Below are positions 25,015-36,855 of a DNA stretch of 64,000 nucleotides, piece after piece. Source of the DNA: Podospora anserina (Eukaryota); contig CM030332.1 in NCBI GenBank assembly GCA_017654855.1, forward strand, positions 186,001 to 250,000. Direction: 5' to 3'. The stretch's first letter is position 1. Each line of letters opens with the position of its first letter. The notes below the pieces were generated by a model. It was given only the letters and a program-made list of their open reading frames with translations, did not search any database and was not told the origin of the DNA. The position numbers and the translations under genes were made by a program.

Positions 25015-25891
25015 CACGGGATGATGGGCGGGTGGCGTACACTTGGAAAAGCTTGGGTAGCTTGGCGTTCAGCAGTGTGTTCTCGATGCGGGGAACTGTG
25101 GATTCTTGCTGAAACTCTGTGGATGCCGATGTTGACTTGGTGTAAGCAGAAAAGGGTGTTGCTGTAAATATCAGGTAGGGAACTTCTGGTCTAACACAAT
25201 AACCATCTTGACAAAGGAACCGCAGCGGGGGAAGTCGGCTTTAAGGTTTGAAGCTGAGCGTTGCTGAAAGCTGCTGCGCCTCGCCATCTGGCTAACCCCG
25301 CGCCTACCAGCAACCCCAACCTCGGTGGGTTGCCCTTTTTGGACAGCTCTTGGCCAAGATGGACATCGCCTCTCGGTCAGCATTTGAGAACCGCCATTCG
25401 CGCATCACCACGTCCAGATTACAGGTATCTCCTACACTGGTGATCATGGGCGCCGGAATGAGAAGAGGATTGGGGGGCTGAGTCAACTGGATGAAGCGAA
25501 CTGATGACGCGGTCCGGCTACCCCTCGGTGTGCAAAGTGGTCAGGCTGCTGGGTAAGGCGTCTTGCTATCAATGGTCTTGCAGCAACACATGGTTTTCGG
25601 TCGAGAAAACGGTGTGGTACCACGGCCAACAATGTTTCATTAGCTGACGTGTCCAAGATTGTGGCTGCAGCTGGGATGGTGTTGACATGGAACTTTGAAG
25701 CCCATGATCGATGAACATGAGAATAGGTGGTCTGGACAAAGATGACTCGCAATCGTGGTGTTGTGGAAAGGCATAATAGGACATTAAAAGGCAAACATAT
25801 TGCATAATACTGGCTATCTGACATCGCTGCAGAGTGTAAAAGAAAACAAAAGTGGCTCAGCCGAATGATATCACCAAAACCAGACAGATAA

Positions 25892-28800
25892 CTACCAGTG
25901 AGAAGCTTGACGATGCATACTTCCACTAGTGACGGTCCATTTATCCTGGCCTGCGATTTTCACGGTCGTCGATGTCGTCACTGCAACACCCTCAGAGAAT
26001 CCCAATCCACCGTTCATAACAACTACCCGATGCCCATTCACAAACGCTATCCCAACTTCCCGACTGCCAGTTGAACTCCCATTTGCCATTCGCCCCCAGG
26101 CCTGTGTATGCCCCAGCACGATTGTTGTGGCACGAACTTCCCCAGCTGCGGTCCTCCACTCACTCAGAACAAAGCAATGCCTTCGTGCATGAGTCATGGG
26201 TGTGCTTGCATGAATTGTTGATGACGAGGGCGATGCACTCGCTGTGCCAGAGCCGAGAGCCTGAGTTCTGGACGTGCCTTGGTAGTTTCTATTGGCAAAG
26301 CCCCTGGCTTGTGATCCACGACCGGTCGACAAGTGCGTGTTTATCATCATTGATTGCAGGCTGACACTGCAAACCCACAGGTTGGTGTCCAGAAACAGCA
26401 AAGTCGACGCACCAACAAGACCCAGAACTGAGTGGACATTGTGTCTGACCGTGTACAAATTCGTTTCGTCTGCTGGTCTGATAGTATCCTCGGTGGAAAA
26501 TGGGTCGAGCGTGGAGGCGGACCACAAGTGAAGCTGCGGCCGGGTGGTCGAATAGGGCTCAATAAATTCCACAACACAGTCTTTTGCCACGTGGTAAGAT
26601 GCCTTGATTCTGACATGGCGACTCTGCAAGGGAGCATCCACTCCGGTTTTGGGTGCGGGGGCTTCGTATGGTCTCTCAATTCTTTTAACATGAACAGGCG
26701 TGAGTTCTGAAAAGTTTGACCAGGAGTAAATACGAACAACGTCGCCATATAGGAGCACGAACCAGGCAGTATTCGGGTGTGGGAAGACGGCGCGGTGTGT
26801 TAAATCTTGTGCATCAGACACTTTCCCGCTCAGCCCAGGAGAGATTGGGCCGTCAGTGGCGGCGATGTCACCAACTGCAAGTCCCACAGTGGCCTCGACA
26901 GTTTGACGACCAGGAAAATAGACCAACCCAGTCGTTAACTCCGCAGTTGAGCAGAAGTACGACCGGCAACTAGTAACGTATCGGCGGCGGAGCTGAAAAA
27001 CATTTGCGTAACAGCTTCTTGATAGCGTCGGTCTAGAAGAATATTGCCCTGCTGAAGCTGTGTGTGAGCCGAAGACAGAGTCAGTGGCGCTTCAAACCTG
27101 ACAACTAGAATACGCGCCGAATCGTCGACAGACGCAATCATCTGTTGGGATGCGCTCAGTACAATTTCGCCAATCGCTGACCCAATTCCATGTCTGTAGA
27201 GGACACCGATTTCTCTCGCCCCTGCTGTTGATAATGCCACTACACTCCCATCTCTTTTGACAACAATGATGAGGCTCCCGTCAGAGGATGCCACGATTGA
27301 ACTCGTTATTTCTGGATGGTCAGGAGGGTGAAGCAACATCGTCCTGGATGCTTGTGAGCCAAACGTTTGGGCAGCCTCTGCGTCCAAGCTCCCAGTCGAG
27401 CTCATCAAGTCATTCATACTCTTTCTGACCAAAGAAGCCGGAGCCCACACGCGGCCTTTCTTGCCACGAATGTCAACAAAGCGTACCCCATCTGAACTGA
27501 AGCAGAGACCACGGACAGCCTGGTCTAATGGGTGATTTGTGCGGTAGATGGGTACTAGAGTTGTGATAGCGCCATGGTGATCACGCTCGAATTCGAAAAT
27601 TTCGACAGCACCCTGATTGGTCCCCGCCCCGAGGCTTCTTCCATCTGGAGAGCAGGCGAGACTTTGGGCATGGACCTGAGGCCGGCGGAGATGCAGTTCT
27701 TGCGTTAGGTAGTCAAAGACACAGAGACTACCGCCCTCAAAGGCTGCCACTAGGGTACGAAATTCCGGGTCAGGGTTGAAGATGAGGTCATTGACTCCCT
27801 TGCTGTCGAATTTGGTGGCGCAAATACCAACCAGACGGAACTCGAAGATGCTTAGGATGAGAACTGGATGTGAACGATAGCCGACAGCGACAAATACCTC
27901 GTCAGGGGTAACGAGAAATGGTGCTTGAGATGGGGCTTGTGTCGGAATGATCGTGTGCGGAAAGGAGTTTGGTATGTAGTCACTACGGTTGTCCGGATGA
28001 TTCCAGCAAATCGTGTCAAACTCCTGTGTTTGTAGCTTCCTGCGATAGGGTAGGTCAGCGGTAAGCACACATTGGAGAGATAGGACGCTCGGTCACACAC
28101 CATTTTGTGAGGACACTAGATTGGTGTGCCAATACGATCTCTTCGACACCGAGAAATATCATGGCCAGCGGTGGTGACATCATCGAAATTGCATATCTCA
28201 TGGATCCCGACTTGGGATCCCAAATCACAAGCTGTTTCGCGCCGCAAGAAGCCAAAAGGGCGTCATCAAGGCTGAATGCCAATTTCCGGGCACGTTCAGG
28301 ATGGCTCAAATAGCGAAGGCAGTGAAGAGACTCCGGATCGTATAGCAATAACTGACCAGTTGCCAGACCAACGGCGAAATAACGCTCACCATGAGCCACT
28401 GTTGTCGCAGGACCACTGCGGAAGTCTATTTGAGTAAGACAATCGTCCCATGTCCCAGGTAGTACTCCTTGTACGGTAAGTCCTCTAGGAGCTCGCTGGT
28501 GGCCTGATTTTTTGGAGATCAATGAATGAGCCAAAGGGGCACATAGGTGGAACCAGCAAGTATATTGACGAGGGACATGTCAATAGCTGAGGGCGAAACT
28601 TGGCGGCCACACGGATGAGGTCAATCACCCAACATCCACAAGTTGAATAGTAGGGTTGGCAGACAGTCCGTCTCTCGTTCTTCTACCAATATATTCCCGT
28701 AAATTTGTGGCTGTCTGAGCGATCACGGCCAGATTTCCGGCTGCTGAGACATGTTCGATCCATTCTAGGACAGTGTTGCTCCGTAGAAACTCGCAGAGAG

Positions 28801-30495
28801 CGTCCGTGAGGTAGTCGTCAGATGATGCGAACAGGAAAACATGATTGGAGAAGAAGCGGCATGCGTAGTTAACCATAGAGGGGTCCAATGGCTGTGGTGT
28901 CGCTGCAAACTTTCCGAGTCCCACCGAACCCCCAATCGCTGACTGCTTCTCCGTAACTCTGGACTTGAGCACACTAGTGGAGATATATTCGAGAAGCAAT
29001 GTACCAAGCAGGATATGCCCTTGTTCTTTGTTGATAAGCAATTGTTCGTCGACATTTGGTGTCAGTAGGAACTCGTACGGTTTCGTATGTCATCTGCACA
29101 GTGCTATTAATGTCAATGAATACGAGCTGTGCGCAGAGATCCGGTATGGCTTTCATGCATTCTGCAGAGTTTGCCCTACATCCAGCTTGACAGCACATCG
29201 TAGCTCCTGCAAAGTGAGTGGGCGGGATGAGAGTGTAACCCAAGTCAAGATGGACTTTGCAAGGGTAGCTTTTCGTTTCTTGAAAGTAATGGATTCCGTC
29301 ATTCGACGATAGAAGGCGAACAGGTCGGCAGGTACCTCTTCCAACACAACCTCCATGGTCTCATCCCACCAGACATCCTCAAACTCTTGTACGACCAGTC
29401 GTGTCCAAAAAAAAAGAGCCCCGGGATTTGGCAAGTATCTTCTCACACATGCGCTCGCGGTCTTGGGGGTTGTCTGGCCTACCCAGCTCTTTTAGTCGCG
29501 TGTCCAGAAAAAGGTGCATGTCCTCGACAGTGTCCGTATCCGATAGCTTCTCTATTGTTGCCTTCTTCCGTCCTAGAGAGAGCAAGCCACGCTCAATGTC
29601 TTCCAAAAGTCGACTGGTAGCAAAAAGGTGAAGATCGTGGGGTATAGTGGCAAGAAACTTGTTGGAAAATAAAGAACCAAAACATGAAAATTCGTCCACA
29701 CCATCGATCACCCAAAAGTGGCTTGCCATCGACGGTATTTTGAACAGGGTAGCCGTAAAGATGCGGCGCCAAACCACAGCTTCATCGGTCTTGTCCCAAG
29801 GCATATCGTCCTGGGCGAGCTTGAGCAAAGCGTCCCGAACAAGGTTGTCCTGGAGCGCCATCTGATAGGCTAAGGATAGGAAACATTCACCCAAGGTAGA
29901 GTTGCCAGTCTTTGCGTGTCGAGAAATGAAATAACTGCAGAATGCATTGGGAGATTTGAGCTGTTCAATGATATGACAGGCAAGAATCGCCTTCCCTACG
30001 CCCGGTCTTCCCGTGAGCCAAAGAATCCCTGGGGCAGTGCGCGCCTTCCAGGCTGTGTAGGGTGCCGACTGGTGAACCATTGGCATGACCCCGGCTGCTT
30101 GAGGACCTGCAGAGTTGCCAAGTCGGTCTCGAAGGAGTCTCTAGTTCCTAGAAAAGAGCGAAGGAGTGCAGCTGCTGTGGCATCGGACAGAGATGGAGCA
30201 CTACTCAGCTGCAGGATAGGTCCAGACAGGGAGGATGGCTGCGGTGGCGGAGTCTCGGGCCGAGATGACCGTATTGCATCGACAGCTGTGAGAAGAGCAT
30301 TTCGCAGCATCTTGTATTTTGGGTCCGAGGGGCTGTCGAACTTGCAGACATGGCGGTGGTCAGCGTCCATTGCCGCAATTCTCCTCGTTGTGGAAACCAA
30401 GGGTTGCTGAGTGCCGCTCCACAACGATCTGATTCATGGCGCTCTTGACAGGAAGGGTTTCGTAAAAAGACCAAAGACGAAGATCGGGGGCAATG
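25892..30495 (-). pseudogene. Fungal NLR (NWD-like) pseudogene: truncated alpha/beta-hydrolase (SesB/PGAP1-like) N-terminus, NACHT, WD40-like repeats
   Basis: LRLWSFYET..DADHRHVCKF (end of hydrolase domain), Walker A WLTGRPGVGKA, Walker B FWVIDGVDE, GSFFWTRLV, RPLTLQEL, and WD-like LAFSLDDALLASCG and LACSPDGRSL. At least six frame breaks; the 5' part is missing beyond the AT-rich block. Confidence 0.9.
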
Positions 30496-31134
30496 ATAAA
30501 CCCCAGGTTTTTAAACTTTCGGATAATAATAACTTTTCTGGGCTCGAAACGGGTTTATATTAAGCTACTTACTTACGCTAATAAAAAATAACATTTCCTA
30601 TTAATTAAAAACTATTTAATTATTAATGTAAGTATTATTATAGTATTACAAAGTCGCTTAAATGAACATTTTATTTATATTTTATTAAAAAACAATTTTA
30701 AAAAGCTTAGTATTTATATATTTCTATACTTATGTATTGTTTACTGTTAAAATACAGCTTTTGCTCGTGGACTTTACAGTGTATCTGAGCCCTGTGAAGT
30801 ACAGGGCCTCAGAGGCAATACAATGACTTGAAATCAACAGTGTCCACTGAGGTCTAAGAACCGGAGTGGAACTCGGCTCCTTTTAAGCAATCCAAAGTGC
30901 CGGGAGGCCGGGCACCAAGGCTAGCGCTCTGCAACGGTGAAACGGTAGTGCAACGTGGCCTGAAACCTTATCTTAAACCACGCACTTAGCGGACGTTCGG
31001 ACTCGAGGTCGGAGAGAGTTGCGGTGCGCGATTGTGACGAACCCCTATACAGAACCTCTAAAAGGGATACTAGTTGAAGGTAACTTCTGACAATTTGTGA
31101 CGAACCCCTGTACAGAACCTCTGAAAGGGATACG

Positions 31135-31580
31135 TGTCACAACCCTGGTACAGGACGGTTGTGGGGCCACGGGAATAAGGGGCCAATCGGGAGAACGTAT
31201 AGGGGAGCCAATCACAGTGAAGGCAGAGTGATCAGTGTGATCAGGGCACTGAGCAGACTGAGCAGAGTGATCAGTGTGATTAGGGCACTGAGCAGACTGA
31301 GCAGAGGTGATCAGTGTGATCAGGGCACTGAGCAGACTGAGCCGAGGTGATCAGTGGCCTTGGGAGACTGATCACGGCTTGGCACAAGGACTATATATAC
31401 GGAGGAACTGGCTAGTGTAAATAGACAGTTCCGCAGTATGCAATTCAAGCTTGTATTCACGGCATCTTGTGTTTACATCGAGATATCTTGTTGTGCACTG
31501 TTTAGCTGCACCGAACCAATTGTCAGAAGTGGCCTTCAACCAGTATCCCTTTCAGAGGTTCTGTACAGGGGTTCGTCACA
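31135..31580 (+). mobile_element. Inner solo LTR (446 bp) inserted in opposite orientation into the middle LTR
   Basis: TGTCAC...GTCACA ends with perfect TSD ATACG (31130-34 and 31581-85). CCAAT boxes and a TATATATA element are present; the 3' ~190 bp is homologous to the middle LTR. Confidence 0.92.
31223..31356 (+). repeat. 39-40-bp tandem repeat (~3.4 copies) in the 5' half of the inner LTR
   Basis: Unit GCAGAGTGATCAGTGTGATCAGGGCACTGAGCAGACTGA. Confidence 0.9.
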
Positions 31581-32755
31581 ATACGGGTTGAAGGTAACTT
31601 CTGACAATTGGTTCGGTGCAGCTAAACAGTGCACAATAAGATGTCTCAATGTAAACACCAGATACCGTGAATACAATTGTGAATTGCATACTGCGGAACT
31701 ATCTACAAGCTATTTAGTTCCTCCGTATATATAGACCTAATGCTAAGCCTGGATTATTCTGTTTCTCCCCGGATTATGACCGATTCTTAAGGATCATGAG
31801 TGATTCCTGGGAATCGCTCATGATTTCTTCATGTCCCGGATGATCCACCTCTTATTGGTCCATCCTCCTTTCTCTTGATTGGCTGCCGTGCCTCCTCTTC
31901 CCTATTGGTTGTTCTTTGCGGGTGTCCACATTATATTCGTGACAGCGATCGACAGACCGAAAGCCTGTAAAAGACTTCTGCCTCAGACTTTGTTCACTGT
32001 GATATTTCTTAGTCTTTAAGTTCAATTAATATACTGGTTCACCATATGTTTTCTGTGCCTCACAAACCTACATAACAGTGATTACCTTTTATATATTGTA
32101 GGGCGCCGTCTCTGCAATCCTTCTTCTTTTAGTGCCTCTGCTACTGTTGAATACTGCAGTTAAAGTCTTCTTTGCTCTCAGTGTACTGCGTCGATAGCTA
32201 TTTGAGCCTCAATTTCGCAGGCATCGATAGTACCCCTTTCAACATTTATTAAAATAATATTAAATAAATTTTATTGTTAACTTTCTTATAAAATAACGTG
32301 GGCCTAGGTTTATAGGTTTTTATTTCATAGTAAATTAGTTTATCGAGGCCTGTTATCTCTCTTTTAGGGCCCATTTACTATGTTTTATGGTCTATTTACT
32401 ATGTTTTACAGCCTATTAACTATCAATCGATGTATAGGTCAGTGGCTTTATATACCACAAGCGATTTACAGGCCCATTGTCGGCTGTCTCCGTTATATCT
32501 GCTTCAACCCCGAACATGTTGCTGGTGGTGAGGCAGTGATTGTTGTTGGCGCAGATCACAGAGCTAATGAAAGCTGTCAAAAATGGTTATCTGGTCCCTT
32601 TTTCAGACCCACATGCAGACTGCATCACAAAGGCGCCAACTCAATTTCGTGAAATGCGCTTGAAACATTACGCAGTACACAAATACATCAACCACACGTG
32701 ACGCAACTTCCTTCAACACGTCTGAGATCAAAAATCGTAAGAGCATGGAACCTTC

Positions 32756-34026
32756 TTACTCTGTGCATTTGGTGATTCCATCATGTAACTTTTCTACCAG
32801 CCGTTGGATTTCGTCAATGGCCCTGTTATGGCTGTCAGCGGGCTTTCCCTTGGTTGCTTCGGGAGGAGATACATACATCTGAACATATTCCTCCTGGGTT
32901 GAGAAGAGTGCCGCAGCGTGCAAGTCGAATCGTCTGTTGGAGTAGTTTTCCTGTTAGTAACCGCGGCCCCTATTCTGTCAACGCATTCCAATACAAGAAA
33001 AGATAAAAGACCTTACAGAGCATACAGAGCGTTCCTATCATCGTAATCCTCGGCGGGTTCAGCCTTTGGCACATGTGAATGGTACTCGTCAAAGTACAAA
33101 CGAGTGAACTGGTTGCTTGCCGACCGCCAAGTTGCCCAGTTCATACTCATTGTGAGCCCAAAATGCGGCGGGATCATACACGATTCCTTCTTCTGTCTCT
33201 TCATTGACAATACTGGCATTCCCACACCATAAATCACCATGAAGCAGAGACGGTATTATGGTGCGACCACTCGTCTCCAGTGGGGGCAACAGTCGTGGAA
33301 TTACCTTGTCGAAGAGGTCAGGGAGCAGAGAGTCCAGCTCGTCATGGGGACCTGCCCGGTCTTTACGGACTTGAAGAACATTTCGTAGTTTATTGGTAAA
33401 AAATTGCTCCAAACTGTTGTGCCGAGTGCTGTCCTGGGGCAAGTCTCCGTTGTATGTAGTATAATGGAAGCCAATCTTTCCTTCGGGAGAACTACCGCTC
33501 GAATGCAGCCGCGCAAGCTTCTCGCAAAATGACACGGGCTCAGGCACGCCATCCGTAAAGTCATAGAATTTGCAAAGGTAGAAATGAGAATCTTCCTGAA
33601 TATTGAGACTGCCCCAAGCGATGGGTGCTGGACAGAAATCAGGCGTGATAGCAAAGATGGCCGATGTGCCCTCATATTCACCTTTCAATGCTTCGCGGCC
33701 GTGAGTTCCAACAGAAATCTGATCTTTCTGACTAGCTACAATGCGAGAGATCAGTAGTTGTTTGCGAATTCTTAAGCTTCACCTTCATGAAGTAGCTCTC
33801 CTTGTTGCCGTTCGTCGTAAGAGTATCAACGCGGAGAGCTTTGGCCCAGGCCGATTCTTCATGGTGGCTGACATTGACTATCTCAGCGACATTGGGAAGG
33901 ACTGGAGGAGACACATTAGAGACATAGCGCTACATTGGATGAAATGCCCAACGAACCGTCCAAAACAGCTGGGTCCAGCTGAAAAACTGCACCTTCGTCC
34001 CCTCTCACAAAAGCTTCGCTTTCCAT
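32756..34026 (-). pseudogene. Fructosamine-3-kinase / protein-ribulosamine kinase-like gene, 5 exons, one frameshift at ~33130
   Basis: MESEAF..LDPAVLD|VLPN, SYFMK|, GEYEG..P.FCPAPIAWG, PSLLHGDLWCGN, YDPAAFWAHNEYELG, PAEDYDDRNALYAL|RFDL. An extra base lies between ELGN and WRSASNQF. Confidence 0.88.
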
Positions 34027-34127
34027 GGGCAGTCGGAATAAAAGACAACAAAACTTCGAGTTGAGAGATTGAGACAAGCCCCACGAAGAAGAGAAATTGC
34101 TCAATAATCAGGTCTTTGTGAAATATC

Positions 34128-34430
34128 GTGCAGCCAAAGAGGGGTCGGGTTGTTGAAGTTGCAAAGCAGGCAGGGGTAACCCCGGCCCAGGTTTGTCTGT
34201 CATGGGCCGTCCAGCGAGGGATACCAATCGTTCCCAAGTCTGTTCAACGGGCTCATCTGGAACAAAATCTCCATCTCACAAGGCTGCCCGATGATCTATT
34301 CAAAATCGTTGATACTGTTTCATCGGAAAAAGGCCCGATTCGCTTCCTGGACCCGAGCCGCCACATCTGCTTCGACATCTTTGACGAAGAGAACGACCAG
34401 CCAGTGGAGAACAAGGCGCCCTGGGGCTAG
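34128..34430 (+). pseudogene. Aldo/keto reductase C-terminal fragment (5' part deleted)
   Basis: VAKQAGVTPAQVCLSWAVQRGIPIVPKSVQRAHLEQNL. Only ~100 bp separate it from the start codon of the divergent kinase gene, leaving no room for the N-terminus. Confidence 0.85.
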
Positions 34431-35805
34431 ATCTATCATGTGTCCGATTGGTGACAGATGACGAGGTCTCGGGAGAGGCCTTCAGCGTACGTGGATGAAA
34501 GTCAGCCGCCAGATGCTGAGTGGTTTTTAATCTGAAGCCGGGTTGATGCAGTTCGCGAAGCTGGGGCCAGGTTGGGGGTACACGCACCACTTGTTTTCCA
34601 GTGCATGTCGACATCAACACTGTGGGAAGCTGGTACCCCTACTTCGAGCTCCTTGGTCACACCACTGTTGTGAACCATCGCGAAATCAACCGGCGTCACG
34701 GACACCGACGTATTTGCAGGCGCCACTTTCTATTTGGCAGCTCCTCATTGATGCGCTTTATCCGCGTCCGATCTCGATCCTCCATTCACATCTCTTTTGC
34801 TTTCTTGTTGGACGATTATGAACGATCTTCCGCCGCCCTCTCCGTCTCCATCTCTACGTCGGAATCAAAAGTACTTCGGTAACATGCAGTTTTATCCACA
34901 CCTACCTTTCCCCTCATTCCGCAGCAGTTGTATCAAGACGGCGCCCCGCATCAATAGATAGTGTTCACCGTTACAAGTTATCCATCTTAGTGGGTGCAGG
35001 GTTCAAGGGCTTGTGGGAGACTGGAGGTGAACGTACCCCTGCCCCGGCTCGCTGCAGTTAAGCACATTTGGGCTAATGCAACAGCCTCAAGAAGTACACT
35101 GATAGGAATTGGTCAATCGTCATTATATGTCTTCTTCGATGCGTTCCACAGACCGTAGCTCTTTTCCTGACTCGCTGACGCCCAATGTCTCACCGCTTCT
35201 GGGCCTTCTTAGCCCCTGCTGCTGCTCGCCCAAAACGGACAGTCTGCAGGGTCGAACCCCTCAACATTTGGCTACGAAGACATGCGCTGGCAGGCCAAAA
35301 TGGCAGGAAATCCCCACCGGGGATCACAATCGAGACCAAATCCGTTTCCCATCCGACACGCACGCCTGCTAATGCAGACCACCCTGTACCGTACTGTACG
35401 ATTCTTCACGATCCGATCCGATGTGGCGCCATGGAGCGGGAGCACGTAGGGGCCGGATGTCGAAAGGCGGGACGTTTTCCGGGACCGATGCGTGGCCAGG
35501 CCACTCCAGTGGCTTTGCGGGATCAATCCGATGGGCTTTTCGGAGTTATTGGTGGATAGGTCTTGCCTCTACTGCGTCTTTCTTGGTGGTTATCTAGAGC
35601 GGTCTTCTGTCAACGGGTTTTAGCGGTGTCGCTTATTGCTTGTCTTGTTGTTCTCCACTGGTCTACTGTAAACCCCTGAACCCCTGAACAAGACCCACTG
35701 TTTCCACGACAGCCCAGAACAACATCAACACCAGACAAGACATATTAGAGCGCCTCGCCTCGACTAACGAAAGCTAATTTCGACATCGTTCGTTCTCGTG
35801 CCAAG

Positions 35806-36855
35806 ATGTATCTCGACAAATCCACCAAACAAGGTTTCTCTTCCTCGAGATCATTCCGGCGATCAGGCACCGGATCAGATCTTCAGCCCCTCAACTCGGC
35901 TCAGACGGCCGCCATTATCGTCTTTGGGGTTCTCATCGGCCTCATAACAACGGGGATAATAATCTGGTGCTGTTGTTGCCGTGGACCAGGCTGGCAGCGC
36001 AGATCTAGCTCGAGATCCAGAGTCAAGATCATCCGCATGTCTGGGCCACGAGGCGAGAAGGGTGAGAAGGGATCACCAGGACCGATGGGAATGCAAGGGC
36101 TACCTAGTCTCCCAGCACCAGCAGTCTTTCTACCTCTTCCCGCCTCGGCAGCGCCAGTGCCGATTCGCCCTCTGGGGCCAAGGGGGATGCTTCCCGGTGC
36201 GCTTCCTGGCATCAACACGGGTGCTGGCGAGACCACCAAGCAGAGCAGCAGAGAGTGCTCCCCGGAACGCCAACAAAATCCCCTTCATATACATCCACCA
36301 CATCCTCATTCTCGTCCACAACCGAGCATACCACCAACACAATATTCTCTGCCTCCCCACCTTCAAAAGTTTGCTCAGCCCCTCACCCCAGCGGCACCGT
36401 CCGTCTCGCAACTACCATCACAACCATTACCGCCATCAAACACCCAAATCCGACCATTGCCATTGCCGTCACAACCACCGCTGCGAATCCAACCCCTCCG
36501 CATTCCTCCACCAATCCTTCCTCACCCCCAGCACCGCTACTACCAACCCAGGCCCCCCATCGCAAAAATAATCAACGACCACGCAGCAGGCGTCACCAGG
36601 CCATTGCCGCTAGCCCTCCCAATAGGTCGCCACGGAATGGTAAATCTTGCCTTGAAGTACCAAGTCCACAGTGAGAAGGGGGCATCCAGTCGGCCGGTGT
36701 CCTCGAGGGGACTGGAGAGCGGGTACCAGAGTGCGTATTGTGAGAGTAGTGCCGAGTCTGACGACGGGGGGGAGATGGGGTACGAGTCGATGGAGAATTT
36801 CGGGAGGGTGGTGGAGGAGGATCGAAGGGGGAGATGGGCGAGAATGGGGGTGTAG
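35806..36855 (+). CDS. Single-pass membrane protein with Cys cluster, short collagen-like motif and Pro-rich tail
   Basis: 349-aa ATG ORF; transmembrane segment AAIIVFGVLIGLITTGIIIWCCCC; GPRGEKGEKGSPGPMGMQGLP. Confidence 0.7.
   Translation: MYLDKSTKQGFSSSRSFRRSGTGSDLQPLNSAQTAAIIVFGVLIGLITTGIIIWCCCCRGPGWQRRSSSRSRVKIIRMSGPRGEKGEKGSPGPMGMQGLPSLPAPAVFLPLPASAAPVPIRPLGPRGMLPGALPGINTGAGETTKQSSRECSPERQQNPLHIHPPHPHSRPQPSIPPTQYSLPPHLQKFAQPLTPAAPSVSQLPSQPLPPSNTQIRPLPLPSQPPLRIQPLRIPPPILPHPQHRYYQPRPPIAKIINDHAAGVTRPLPLALPIGRHGMVNLALKYQVHSEKGASSRPVSSRGLESGYQSAYCESSAESDDGGEMGYESMENFGRVVEEDRRGRWARMGV

Larger units (their letters stand above)
31033..31944 (-). mobile_element. Middle solo LTR (gypsy-like, possibly related to Podospora crapaud) with a 63-bp terminal duplication
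   Basis: TGTGACG...CGTGACA ends with perfect TSD GCGAT (31028-32 and 31945-49). Positions 31033-31095 are duplicated from 31096 onward. Confidence 0.88.
30745..32244. mobile_element. Outer putative solo LTR (~583 bp without the insert)
   Basis: Termini TGTTAAAA...TTTCAACA (TG..CA inverted ends), flanked by TTTAC / TTTAT, a 5-bp TSD with one C>T change. Confidence 0.6.
30496..32460. mobile_element. Repeat island: AT-rich RIP-degraded sequence hosting nested solo LTRs
   Basis: Abrupt TA-rich blocks at ~30500-30744 and ~32250-32450 flank the LTR stack. The left edge coincides with the NLR truncation. Confidence 0.75.

Noticed and set aside
31223-31356. Possible CRISPR-like array
   Set aside because: Head-to-tail repeats without unique spacers, inside a fungal LTR; no cas genes.
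34502-34882. Short ORF fragments downstream of the AKR remnant
   Set aside because: Possibly a decayed gene, but no identifiable family.
25892-34900. Starship or Spok-block type giant element as the explanation for the pseudogene-rich segment
   Set aside because: No tyrosine-recombinase captain, Spok-like ORF or element boundary is recognisable in the window.
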